Assembly (NCBI RefSeq): GCF_021028975.2
Contig: NC_059437.1
Span: forward strand, 34,968,001 to 35,032,000
Reading direction: 5' to 3'
DNA: 64,000 bases
From: Sphaerodactylus townsendi
Taxonomy: Eukaryota
Positions 1-12,012 of the stretch are shown piece after piece. The translations under genes and the position numbers were made by a program. Position 1 is the stretch's first letter; each line of letters begins with the position of its first letter. The notes below the pieces were generated by a model that was given only the letters and a program-made list of their open reading frames with translations, made no database searches and was not told the DNA's origin.

Positions 1-697
1 TTAATGATAGGAAACTTCACATCAGCAAGAAGGAAAGCCTTGCTGTTAGTGTGTTAAAAGAGAAAAAAAACTGAGGATAACATTAGAATTGAAATCCTTT
101 TGTTTCAGTTAGGGGTTTGGATCCAGGAGTTAAGGCTTTATAGAAACAGTAGCTCAGATGTGGGGTTGGAGAATATGAAAGAAGAGAATTCTAGAACAGC
201 AATGCATTTGCTGGATAAGCAAACATATCGATATTTGTCTATCTAAAACAACTGGAGAATTTACCAATGCTGCTCAATCTTTATTGAGCAGGTAAGTCAT
301 TGATAACAGATGTTGTATGTTTAATATGGGGACTGGGATGTAAAATTCTAGATCCCCCTACACTAGTGGATATTTTTGGGGTTAAAATTATGGAAAATCA
401 TCCCAATAATGTTATCTATAATAAAATTAAAAATGCAAAATATGCTCATATTCGGGTAGAAGAAAGCAGACAATGAACCCACTGAACTTCTGCACTAACC
501 TCTGCACTAACTAAATATCTGGATTTAATTTAGCACATAGCTGGGTGCATGAAGTAGCAAGTCTGTGCCATTTCAGCAGATGCCTATCTGGACGGGAGAA
601 TCACATCATCAGAGGAAGTAATCATTACATAGCATGCACAAAACCAAGCTTCTACAACAATTAACTGATGTTCTTTGCTCTACTTCTACTCTCCTAC

Positions 698-792
698 CAT
701 GAGCCTCTGCAACACAGTATTTCTTCTTCTTCTCTCTCTGATGGAATATGTAAGACTTCCAAAACCGAAAGACCAGGTTGTACAGGAAATAC
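698..792 (-). CDS. SFI1: SFI1 centrin-binding protein, internal coding exon (95 nt); gene continues beyond the left edge
   Basis: cag|G TAT TTC...GCT CAT G|gtagga; encodes (R)YFLYNLVFRFWKSYIFHQREKKKKYCVAEAH, a Trp-containing SFI1 repeat resembling human YYLYNLMFQTWKTY (recalled); phase fits the upstream exon. Confidence 0.9.
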
Positions 793-1182
793 CTGACCAA
801 CAGGAGAAATATTGCTTTGACACAGGTTTTAATTCAGTATAGCAACAGATTATTCATTCTGAATTGCTTTTGGGAAGCATTTCCATATACTAAAGCTTCT
901 TATATAAACAACATACGGATTAGTTAATTGGCAATAAAATGTAATTAAACGAGACCTGTAGACAACTACTCACTTGGTTGCAAAGGGTTAGTGAAACTCA
1001 CCTACAGGTGATCAAGAATACAGGTTTACAAGGTAAAAAATGACCATTTAGGTAAAAAATGACCAAATACAGAAACATGAAGGTACACAGGCTATTAAAC
1101 ATTTGAGAGCTAATTAAAAGCAAAGCCAGACTAAAGTGAGACCTAGCATGAGACCTGGTTCAGTTCAGATATCACACCAAAC

Positions 1183-1517
1183 CAGGCCTGTTTGATGATG
1201 GCCTCAGCTTGCCCGGATCCAGCTAGAAGCCTGCAGTTTAAAGCTCAATTTAAGCCTTGGTGAGGTCAGAATCAAACTGAGCACTGGGGGCTAGCCAGCT
1301 CTAGCTTTATACTGTTGACTAAGCTCCAACAGTTTAAAGCTAGAGTCAGCCAGCCCACGGTGCACAGTTTGATCCTGGCCTCAGTGAGGCTTTTGGATCG
1401 AGCTTTAAACTGCAGGCTTCCAGCTAGACCCGGCTGTAGCTGTAGACCAGCTAGAGCTTTAAACTGCAGGCTTAAAGCTAGACCCAGGCAACCTGAGGCC
1501 AGCATCATTTGGGCCTG
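1183..1517. repeat. Fold-back (long inverted repeat), MITE-like, with an internal duplication
   Basis: caggcc...ggcctg ends; aagcctgcagtttaaagctc on the left pairs with gagctttaaactgcaggctt, which occurs twice on the right; loop near 1318-1326. Confidence 0.7.
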
Positions 1518-2076
1518 CCCTGCTCTTGAGCTCCATATAAAGATCTTGATGGGGGGGGAGGGGGAGAGGCTGTTGCTGGGGCATGGTGCCCTAAGTGCTG
1601 TTTTATAAAGCTAGGCTTCTGTCAATGGGGACTCAAAGTGGCTTAGGTTGTTTTCCTCCATTTTATCTTCACACTAGCCCTGAGAAGTAGGTTAGGCTGA
1701 GACTGTGTGACTGGCCCAGGGTCGCCTAGGGAGCTTCCATGGTAGAACCCAGATCTCCTAGAGATCCTTGTCCAACTTTCTAATCAATGCACCTTTCAAG
1801 GCTCCTTTTTGCTTAAGAAGATAAATGTGATGGAATAAGTTGGAAAGAGTGAAACAGAATTGTTAAAAAAGTATCATGACTGACTATACCCCATATGCAT
1901 TTTTGGGTTTTTTAAAATAAACTTGGGGAATCCCACCACCCACCATCTTCTATTAATTTGCATCTAACTAGGTGCAAGGCAGTTCCCAACATATGATTAA
2001 GAAGAAAATAGAACAAAAATATTAAAGTAATACAGGAAAACAATACTATTGACTTAAGAAGGTCCATGTCACAAAC

Positions 2077-2187
2077 CTATAATGACAGTCAGCCCTGATG
2101 GTAAGTTTCCATTCTTTGCAAACAGTCCACCATTCTTCCTTCCATTCGCCAAAGGTTTTCTGCAGCATCTTCCGATCATGATAGTAC
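2077..2187 (-). CDS. SFI1: SFI1 internal coding exon (111 nt)
   Basis: cag|G TAC TAT...CAT TAT AG|gtttgt; YYHDRKMLQKTFGEWKEEWWTVCKEWKLTIRADCHYR resembles human WKEEWW...EWKLCVRADCHYR. Confidence 0.93.
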
Positions 2188-3439
2188 CTGAATAGTAGAA
2201 TTAACACAAGCACATGTGATGACAGCGTTCATTTTTGAAAACTATTCTTTTGTACATTACTCTCTTTTTTCTGTTCTGTTCACTCATACTTTAGGACATT
2301 TTCACCACTACCCACCCATTGCTAGGAACAGTTATCCCAACAAAATCAACAAGACTAACAGTGCAATCCTAATGAGAGTTACTCCACTCTAAACCTATTC
2401 ATTTCAAAGGGCTTAGAGTGGGGTAAATTTGGATGGGAATGGGCTGAAAAACATGCTTTTCTGTGCACAACACAATACCTTCTATGCATATGCATATGCA
2501 TCTAGAGGCAATTAAACAATTTCTGTGTGTACTTATAATTCATTTTTGAACTTGCAAAACCCCCAGATTTGTTCAGTGACAGCTCACAGTAAAGCACCCA
2601 ATGAAGAGAACGATGAAAGCTTGCGGATCCCAACATCTCCATGTTCCAGTAATTCAGCAGCAAGGTAATCATTAAGTTAGGATGAGAGTCATGTCAGATA
2701 TAACAAAAAAAATCAGTTTCTTTGTAATGGGAACAAACCTGTTTGTCAGGCTCTCACTCGTCCTTCCTCTTAGGTGGCATGCCAAGGCTGAAGGCAAAGC
2801 TCTTCAATTTTACTCTAATTAATTGTGGTAAAAACTGAGGTTTGTTTCTTAAGTAAGGTAACTGACACATGATTTGTCTGCCTTGGTTTCGATGCTACTG
2901 GAAAGCAAGATTATTTCCCACTTCCTCACATCACCACGGTGCTTTAGTGCACCTTCTGGGTTTTCCTCATCCTTCATGCAATTTTTTCCAAACCTTGCTT
3001 TGATGCAATGTTTTATGAAAGATCAAAGCAAAGCTGGGGTGGCACTCTTGTAGACAGAAAAGCCTAAATCAGTGTTTCCCAACCTTTTTTTCACACACTT
3101 ACCCCTTGGCAACTTACCCCTCAGCTCACTTACTTGTAATTTCAGTATCATTTTCATTTCTTCCACTTTTTTCAATTTTTATGCTAACTATTTTCCTGGT
3201 TTGCTTGCAATTTCAAAATTCTTGTACTTCCCACATATTTACACACCATATAGGTCTAAATAGAATTATACATTGAGGCAGACATCTAGGAATGAACAAT
3301 TCATCCTTTTGTAAAATTCCGTTCTGTAGAGAACATTCAGTATAATTCCACGCACTCAGTAGTAGTAGGTGAATTGCTTAGGCACATCTTAAATATAAAA
3401 ATGCTAAACCATTTCATGCAAAAATTTTGTTCTGTCTAC

Positions 3440-3511
3440 CTTGCACGTGATGGGAGAACTCTTCCAAAGGCCCTCCTTATCCACATGTAAAGGAATTTTC
3501 TAGCCAAGTGT
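3440..3511 (-). CDS. SFI1: SFI1 internal coding exon (72 nt)
   Basis: ttttccag|A CAC TTG...GCA AG|gtagac; HLARKFLYMWIRRAFGRVLPSRAR resembles human [22 protein letters not shown]. Confidence 0.93.
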
Positions 3512-3989
3512 CTGGAAAAAAAAGTTCACTGGACTTTTTAAATGCACATTTGTTCTCTACAAATTTAAAACAAAGGTCTATAAAATGAACAGAAACTTCA
3601 CATGTAAGTGCTATTCAGTTCAGATTCACCAATGAAGGCAATGATGTATTTATTTTATTACACTACATTTTTAAATCTATCTTTCCTCCAGATAAGTGAG
3701 TGGCATACACTGGGTGAACCATTCTTCTTCACAGTAACTTTGAGGAAGGTTAGGCTGAGAACACTCTGCAAATTTCATCAGTCACACTTGAACTCATATC
3801 TTTCTTCTTCAGTTTTGATGGATCATACCCAATAAATAACAATAAATAAGCAAGAATATATGAGCAGCTTAAAGACTGAACAGATTCACTGAAGCAGAAG
3901 CTTTCATAGGCTACAGCTTCTTCCAACAGATGCTTATTGGATATTACAGAACAGAGAATGGGACAAAACAAACAAACCAACCAAAGTGA

Positions 3990-4645
3990 TCAAGGGGGTT
4001 TCAGATAAAGACAGGCTAAGAAGTTCAGGTCTTTTTAGTTTAAATATTACTATCGGGGGACATGATAAAGGCTTATAAAATAATGAAAGGAGTAGACAGA
4101 GCACTTTTTACTTCTCTCACATAATATTATCTCATGAGCATTCAATGAAGTTGATGGACCGTAAGTTCAGGTAAAACAAAAAGAAAGTACTTCTTTACTC
4201 AAACAGCAAGTTGCTCTTAGAATTCACTGTCCTAAGATGAAGCAATCACTATTACTTTAGTAGGCTTTAAAAGTGGATTTGCCAAGTTCATGTAGAACAG
4301 AGGTCTTCAACCTGCGGCTCGCCAGATGTTTGTGAACTACAATTCCCATCAGCCCCTGTCAGCATGGCCAGTTGGCCATGCTGGCAGGGGCTGATGGGAA
4401 TTGAAGTTCATGAACATCTAAGGGAACGGCAGGTTGCAGACCCCTGATATAGAACATGTCCACCAATGGTAATGTGATGATGACAAATGTACCCTCTGCA
4501 TTAAGTGACAGTAACTCTCTGAATACCAGTGCTAGACAGTAACAACAGGAACTTTGGCTTCCAGTTCCATTAGTAGGCCTTTTGGGAGCATCTGCTTGGC
4601 CACCATGTGAAACTGGATGCTGGAGTTAATGGCCCCTGGTCTGAA
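3990..4645 (+). mobile_element. Degenerate CR1-type LINE 3' fragment interrupted by a MITE
   Basis: gggggacatgataaaggcttataaaataatg... and ggctttaaaagtggatttgccaagttcatg are typical CR1 3' motifs. Confidence 0.65.
4298..4446. mobile_element. Palindromic hAT-type MITE
   Basis: Ends cagaggtc/gacccctg; 8-bp TSD atgtagaa/atatagaa; internal hairpin. Confidence 0.8.
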
Positions 4646-4895
4646 CAATCATCCCAACCTCTCCTCTACAGCTGTTTTCCCATTTTTTTTCAGACTACAA
4701 GATCTTCAAGCAGGAACCTGTCTTCTTTATATTCTGTGAAGCAACATGTGCACTAATTGTGCCATTTAAATAAAGGGGTAGAATATAATTTTTAAAAATA
4801 AAATAAATACAACCAATAGAATAGCTACCTTCATTAACAGATTAGAAAATGGAATTGAGACTATATAAAACATAGATGTGACATGTGATCATTAC

Positions 4896-5066
4896 CTAAT
4901 ACGGATTTCTTTTAACCTTCCACCTCGGTTCCAAGTGTATGCAACACGATAAGAGATCCGATGCCTGCCATCCCGACACCGAGTTCCAACAAGATAAGGA
5001 GAAACAAATTGTCTAACTGCATCTTCCTTAGCAGTGTGTAATTTCTGAATCTTTGTACACTTTAAA
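4896..5066 (-). CDS. SFI1: SFI1 coding exon (171 nt)
   Basis: Ends YTWNRGGRLKEIRIR|gtaat (human GRLRELRIR); acceptor tttcttaaaag chosen because it keeps phase 2 with the upstream exon. Confidence 0.8.
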
Positions 5067-5880
5067 CTTTTAAGAAAGAATAGAAGATAATTACTTTTAA
5101 CCACTAGATTCAAAATAAAACTTATTTTAAGTGTCTGAATGAACATGCTGGATTTTAATATGTTCTAATGCTTTTTTTGTAGGCAGCAAAAAATTTTTTT
5201 CAAAGTAAATGCATCAATACTGTTACAAGTTTACAAAGAGACAGAACTGATTAAACAGAAACCTTTTATTGTATTCAGTTGCTTAAAATGCTGCTACAGG
5301 TATTTGGCCAAACTCTTGTTTTTGAAGTTATGCAGTTAAAGAACAAAGACAGCATTAATGAACTAGACTGCTGGGTTTTTGTGGAACACAACCGAACTGA
5401 GATGTATGAGTAAACTTTGTTATCTGGTCAGGGGCATCATGCTCACATTCAATATATTCTGTGCTAGCTGAAATCATTGATTCAAGATGCCCATTTCTAA
5501 CTTTAAAGCCCTTCATAAATACACATAAATCTGCAGGACTATGTCTCTTTGCATGAAGCCCACAGGAGATCAGTTCAACAAGTTTTATTCGTGGAGGCCC
5601 CATACCCTCCAATGAATGCAGCAGGGATAAGATCTAGATCTTGTTCAGTTGTGGTTCAGTTGTAGATTTTTTGCTGTAGGAAGTTTGTGCAGACAACTGA
5701 CACACACACACATGTGCACATTGCTGGGGGGGCGTTTAATTGGGTATCTGATGTTTATACAGTTTTATTGTATATTTTAATTCATTCGTCATATGCTTAT
5801 CATGTAGAATATATTGGCACTATTTCTTATGACAGAACAGAGTGGAATAAAGTCTTCCAACTAAAAAAAACCTGTTGCAA

Positions 5881-6117
5881 AGAGCCAATGTGGTGTAGTG
5901 GTTAAGAGTAGCGCAGTCTGATCTGGGGAACAGGATTCAATTCCCTTCTTCTTCCCATGAAGCCCACTGGGTGAACTTGGGCCACTCACTGTTCTCTCAG
6001 AACTCTCTCAGCCCACACAGAGGCAGCCAATGGCAAACCACTTCTGAATGTTCTCTTGCCTTCAAAACTCTACAGGTTACCATAAATCAGCTGTGATTTT
6101 ATGGCACTTCACACACA
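5881..6117 (+). mobile_element. tRNA-derived SINE with RTE/BovB (Sauria)-type tail
   Basis: A box tggtgtagtgg, B-box-like ggattcaattcc, tail ggcaaaccacttctgaa...cacacaca. Confidence 0.75.
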
Positions 6118-6356
6118 GATAAAAATGATTTGTTCAAGCTCACATAGAACTGGTTCTTATACCGTACCTGTATAAAATAACTCCTCAGAAAAAAGATCTA
6201 CCTACACTAACAGAATCATACTGGAGATAAGCATACTCAAGCAAACTGCAGCATCTTCTACAATCAGAGATTTCTGAATCTCCCCCACTCCTTGCTCTCA
6301 AAACCTGCCTTTTATCAGCTGGATTTTTTCATGCAGACTTCCTCAGCATTTCTCAC

Positions 6357-6464
6357 CTGCCTTTTACTTTTTTCTCCATCAGGTTATTAAAATTATGTCT
6401 TCTGTTTTCTACTGCAGTCCAGTGCTGTCTATGTAGCCTTTCACCAGGTGACAGATGAAAACAC
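6357..6464 (-). CDS. SFI1: SFI1 exon 2; contains ATG at 6379 (MEKKVKGR) and may be fully coding if the exon-1 ATG is used
   Basis: Acceptor ttttggcaaaag|G, donor GGCAG|gtgaga; MEKKVKGR resembles human MEKKVDSR. Confidence 0.75.
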
Positions 6465-6878
6465 CTTTTGCCAAAACACAAAATAATCATCATATTAAAA
6501 CCCACTAAACATACCTTGGAGAACACTTTTCTATGAACTGTGATACTGAAAACGACATCATAGCTGCAGACACAAGACAGTGCTGGAAGTACTGGAGCAG
6601 CATCTATTGCTAAGTAATATCCCAGTGCAAGGCAAGGGGTCAAACTACATAATCCACTTTCAAGTCCATTATTTTCTTTGGGGGCATATTTTACAGAAGA
6701 ACAGTCAGCAGTAGATATAGGTTTAACCTGCATTTGTATTTATTCTTCTGCATCTTTTACTTTATAATAATTTAACATTAACCATTTAAGTTATGTTGTG
6801 CCTCCTGAAATTTAATTAGTTTTATTTTCCCTCTACCTGTCCTTATTACATACTTCTCACTAAGAAAATGAGACTGTG

Positions 6879-7404
6879 AGAACAAAACTGATAAATATGT
6901 AATATGAATATATATTATAAAAAAGAATAGTAAAATAGGCATATTTGAGAATAGTAACATGAAAATATGTATCAATTTAGTACTCATAAGTTACAAAAAC
7001 AAAAAAGTTTAACTTTGATAACAACAAAAGATATCTTGTAAATGATAAATTTATAACAGGATTAATTATACGATAGGGGAAGCCCATAGGGAAATAGGGA
7101 GACAAAGGTGACGGGAGATTATTGTTTGAGAAGGAATGTTAAGCTTGTGATAGTAGGTTAGGAGTAGGCTGGGAAAAATAGGTAAAAGGGGGAGAAGATA
7201 ATAATTAGGCATTAATAAATATTAATAAATACTTAGATAGCAACACACAGTCTGTTTAGATAGTTAAGATAAATGTCATGTCTTGTCTGTCGGATCTGTC
7301 TATTTTTAGAATTGTTATAAGTCTAAACTGTATTGTCTATTGTTTAATGTTTATTGTTTACTGTTCATTGTTTAGAATAGTGAATATAATAAAAATATTT
7401 TTTA
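6879..7404 (+). mobile_element. Retroposed insert, probably a 5'-truncated L1 3'UTR
   Basis: 17-bp TSD aagaaaatgagactgtg at 6862-6878 and 7405-7421; AATAAA close to the 3' end. Confidence 0.7.
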
Positions 7405-7849
7405 AAGAAAATGAGACTGTGGCTACCCTACGTTCCCATACAACCAATATGTGTGAAGAATGGTGCCTCTACAAAAAGGCAATACCAAACAAAGTTCAGG
7501 ACAAAGTTCACATTTACTCTGAAGTTTCAGAGTAACCACTTATGATCCAACTACTGACGGAGTCCCACCTGCCATCTCAGCAGGAGCCATTCAAAGCAGC
7601 TCTGGAGCATTACAAACTATCCCAACCATTCTGGAGGTGACTCTGGCCCTCCAGCGTCCATACAATATTACACCATATTCAAACATCAGGAGCAACCTGT
7701 ATGCTGCACTAACGTAGCTGAACTGAGTGTCTGTTGCCTGCCCTGTACAACTTCTTGCCCACAAACTTCACTTTGAAATCATGTCTCCTCCACACATCAA
7801 AGTAGAAAATGGATCCCCCCCCCCCCAAAAAAATAAACAATCCCCAACG

Positions 7850-8290
7850 GAGACCAAGGAAACGCGTTCAGACGGTTCCAAAACTTCAGCACTTGCAATT
7901 TTGGCTTTGGGGGCCAGGGGTGGGGTTGCAGCACGTGGACCCCAAACATTTTTGAGGCACCACAGAAAAAGGAGAGACTCTGCCCTCACCCCAATAACGC
8001 GCTTCCACTGTCTTGGTATTTCCCCCCCGGCTGGCTGTAGCTGTCAGAGACGGCACAGCTCATATCAATCGCCCAAAGCAGCCTTTCCAGCGGGGTCGGG
8101 CCCGCCAGTTTGTCGCTACGGCAACCGGAGACGGCGGCTGCGGGCCTGCAGCGCCCTCCAGCGCCCGGGAGGCAAATAGGCCCGCGATCACCAACAAAGC
8201 AGGACTCGACAACAGAACGTGGCCTTCGATGCTTCACCAGCAATGTGTGAAGGAGGAAAGGCCTCTGAACATGTGCAAAGTATCGTTCGT
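7850..8290 (-). promoter_or_regulatory. CpG island, probable SFI1 promoter, with RFX X-box-like GTCGCTACGGCAAC at 8112-8125
   Basis: Local CpG enrichment in AT-rich surroundings, upstream of the SFI1 exons; donor site at 7990. Confidence 0.7.
7990..8063 (-). CDS. SFI1: Putative SFI1 exon 1 coding part (MSCAVSDSYSQPGGKYQDSGSALL-G)
   Basis: Lies in a CpG-rich patch; donor GG|gtgagg at 7990; ATG at 8063 stays in frame through exon 2. Confidence 0.45.
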
Positions 8291-9056
8291 TTTACCGCTC
8301 ACATAAAGCTGTGGGAAGAGTGGGGCAGAGCTTCCAGCCCCATTCAGTGAGGTACTGAAAAGAATGTTTAAAAAATTACCACTGGAATCCAGAGAATGAT
8401 TTCCTAAACGACTACAGGAAGCATTAAATCAAGGAGGATTGGTTGTGTATAACATGATTTTTAGGAACTGTTTCCATATTGCAGACCAACATTAATCCAT
8501 TCTCTCAGACCTTTACATTTAGGTGCATACCTTGGAATATTGACTGGATTTTGCTTTTTCACTCATATATTAGCGTTGTATATTCTTATTATTAATTCAA
8601 TTTAATAACCCACACACCCCCTAAGGGCTCTGGACGGTATATAATATAAATTGTATAAATATATTAATGTTATAATCTTTATTTTAAAGCATGGATTAAA
8701 AGGGCAACTGTGCAGTAATATTCAGCTGTGTAGGATTCACATCCTCTGTCCAGGTTTTCTTGGGAATGGAACTTGCTCGTTTGACTAAGATACTTATTCT
8801 GATCCAATATAAATTCACTGGGAATGAAGTCTCATTGAGTTCAACAGATTTTACTCAAGAGTAAATTTGGGCCAGATTGCAACCTTAGAAACACATGCAT
8901 AAAGGGCTCACCCCACCCACAAACCCCAATAATTCTAAATAGTTCCTAGCATGATCCAATGCAACAATGACACATCCAACTGAGAGGGAAAATCCAGTAC
9001 TTTTTTCTTTCATTGAATCACGATACTAAAATTGAGATTACAGAAAAAACAATATA

Positions 9057-9144
9057 ACAGTGCAATTCTAAAGAGAATTACAGCATTCTAAACCCGCTGA
9101 AATCAATGGATTTAGAATGAATGAACTGTCTAGGATTGCACTGT
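9057..9144. repeat. Short palindromic MITE (related copies near 2359, 8800, 57890, 59820, 62060, 63220)
   Basis: acagtgcaattcta...taggattgcactgt inverted ends. Confidence 0.6.
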
Positions 9145-9679
9145 AAATCCACTAAGCATGTGGAAGGGTATACAGATTTACAACAGCAGATCCCCCGCCC
9201 CGGTAAACTGGTTTATAAAAGTGCCTCTAAAATGGTGGTGCATTCCGTGCACCTCAGGAAATGAGGTCTAACTCCCAAATATTTATGCTGGTTGAAATTT
9301 GTTAGTCTTCATGGTACTAGTTTTATTTTGATGTACCCAACTCACATAGCTATCCCTCTGGAAGGGTATGTTTCTGCATAGGATTGCATTGTCAGGATCG
9401 TAATTCCCGCCAGATTCCACTTTGTGGAATCTGGTACTAATGATTTCAGTACTAATGATTTCAGTTCTAATGCAGACTGAATCCCTCGACAATCTTGATG
9501 GCCCTTGGTAAAACCCACAAGATCCCGGTCCCCGTAAACGATTATATGATTAAACCGCAACCCTACACGCTTTCTTCAGAATACGACCTCCCAATGCCAT
9601 GGGACTTACTTCGGAATATGCTTGCGGAGTAAAACTACATCGCTCTTCACTTTAAGCAACTATCTAGGATACAGCGTTC

Positions 9680-10520
9680 TCCGACGGGCCTGTCTTGATG
9701 AAACGCCTTAAAGACCCCTTCGGATCCTCGCACACCCTTTGCTCTCCACTATTGTACAAATTTAATATACTCGGCCTGTACGTGTTTTTTTTATTCGGAG
9801 AGGAGATTAGGAGGGATTTCGAAGTTTTGCCCTCAATACAAACACCCTCCGTCGAATCAGGCACATACCGAAGACGACCCCTCCGATGTCGCGGAAGAAA
9901 ACTATGCTGCGCGCGCACGCAGGCGGGAGGCGGAGGGAGAGGAAGCCGAGCCTAGCGCATGCGCTATGCCTATTAAAGGGGGGAGGGGTGGGGAATGAAG
10001 GCCCCGGTTACGGCGGCTGAGACAGGGAGAGAGAGGCGGCGAGGGCGGGGGGATGAGGCGAGGCGCGTGATTGAGCCGACGCGGTGGGGCGAGCCCTGCC
10101 CGGCCTAGAGGAGCAGCGGTAGCGGGGCTGGGGTCGCGACGGCCCCCGTGGCTCAGAAGGGGTGGGCAAACCGGCGAGCGCCGCGGCGGGGACCCGCCTT
10201 CTCCACAGTGAGTACCGGAGCGCGCCTGGTGGGCGGAAGCAGCCGGGTCGCGAGGCTGGTGGTACGTGGCCTGGGTCAGGTGAAGGATCCGCTGAGTCAC
10301 CTGCTGGCGGGGTGGGGCCTGGAGGTCCCCTTCCCAGCCCTACCTGCCGAGCCCCGGAGCTGGAGGTGGCGCTTCCTTCGCTTTAGCCGCCTCCTGAGGG
10401 GTCGTCGTCGTTAATGCTCGGTCTTGACGTAGCGTGGCGTCGGAGTGCCCGCAGCGTCCCAAGCGCGTCTCTTCTCCTACCCTCCCACCCGGTACTGGGC
10501 CCTGGCACGCACCTCGGAGA
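9680..10520 (+). promoter_or_regulatory. CpG island, EIF4ENIF1 promoter and non-coding exon 1 (probable donor ACA|gtgagt after 10207); NRF1 palindrome GCGCATGCGC at 9955-9964
   Basis: Dense CpG/GC, consensus donor, about 1.7 kb upstream of the first coding exon. Confidence 0.8.
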
Positions 10521-11913
10521 GTGGCCGCCAGAGTTTCTCGTCTATCCCATCCTTCCTCTTCTCCATATTCCTTCACCCACCCACCCCCACCCCCCCACCC
10601 CCCCGAACGTGTATGAGACCTTCCAAGGCACTCTTGGAGCTGAAAGAAGCGTCCTAAGTGTGGGAGAAGGGAGCGGGTTCCCTTATGTAGGTTGGCTACG
10701 GGGTGCCCTGTTGCCATAGGCTGTCTTTAAACTGGTCAAGGGCCAGGTTTCGTCTTGCCAGCACAATAAAGGGTGTGTGTCTTCCCAAAGAAGGGGGAGG
10801 AAACGCTCATTAGCTTATGAAGCATAATGTCAACTGCCAGAGGTGTCCAGCAACGTGTCCCACACACTGTGCCAATTTCTTTGAGTGAGAAATGTTATAC
10901 TTAGAGTGTGCCTGACTGACTACCATGCTCACCTGGCCACCTTGGTATTTGGGTGACATTCTACATTGATGACTTTATCGCTGTGCAGACATTCAAATGT
11001 ATACGTGTAGAAATGCTATGCTTGCTCCCATTACACTTACCATGTAAATGCTGTTGCTCTTGAGTATGTTGAAGCAGGTGAAGTGTGTGAACAGGAAGAG
11101 TGTTTCCTGTAACTGATTCTGGGTTGTGGCCTGGTCATTGCTTAGGAAGAATGTGTAGAAGACTGATAGTTCATCTGAATGCTTGTATACTGGCTATTGG
11201 CCTAGCAGCTCTAATGGATGCTTACATGCTGGAAACCACTATCTTGAGTCAATCCCCAAATGGAAGCACAGAACTTAACAGCCTCCACAAACTGATAAAA
11301 AGGAAAATGAAAGATGTATCGCAAGCAGAGCAACCAAGCAAGAAACATGTTAAAATGAAAGTAACCAGCCAACTACAGACAGTGAAACTATCAATAAATA
11401 AAGCTAGCAGACTAGTTAAGCCCTAATCCAACTCCCAATTTGAAAAGACCTAGGTTTACAAAAATGCCTTGATCTGATACTGAAATTACATGATGTCTGG
11501 CTAAATGAGGGGACAGTATTTAACAGTTTACTAGGCCTGTGATCGTGACTAGTTTGCAGGCATATGAGTAAGCCAGTTATCTTTCAGATGTCCTGGCTAT
11601 GTTTCATTTAGCGTTGTGAACTCAGGCAAAACTGGAAATAAGTTTAAAAAAAACTCAGGCAAAACTGGAAATAAGTTTAAATATATGTTTACAGCTTAAA
11701 AGATATTAAAATTGAATGCTGTATCAGTATGTTGAAATGCCTATAAGTTTTCTACACCTACATGGACCCCCATCTGCAAAAATTGAGTTTATCTGTAGTA
11801 TAGAAATGTGTGACAAGAAATGCTTGAAGAAAAACTTCTGTAGTTGTAAGATGTTAACGATACATTTCACTTATGTTCTTGGTCAGTTGCATACTTCAAG
11901 TCTTCAAGCAGTT

Positions 11914-12012
11914 ATGGATAAGCGAGGTGCCTTGACAGAAGCTGTGAATGGAGATACTTTGCTTGATATTAACCGAACTGGTGCAATGAAATTTCCTCAT
12001 CGGTACACAAAA
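11914..12012 (+). CDS. EIF4ENIF1: EIF4ENIF1 (4E-T) first coding exon; exon acceptor at 11887
   Basis: MDKRGALTEAVNGDTLLDINRTGAMKFPHRYTK|gtaagc; first half of the eIF4E-binding motif YTKEELL. Confidence 0.93.

Noticed and set aside
1272-1608. ORFs on both strands with a repeated RALNCRL motif
   Set aside because: They are translations of the fold-back repeat.
9664-10719. Cluster of overlapping 60-130 aa ORFs in the EIF4ENIF1 island
   Set aside because: CpG-island artefacts; Pro/Arg/Gly-rich and in conflicting frames.
11619-11681. 33-bp tandem duplication (similar short ones at 1032, 9434, 27007, 27816)
   Set aside because: Two-copy slippage duplications without spacers; not CRISPR-like and with no evidence of function.
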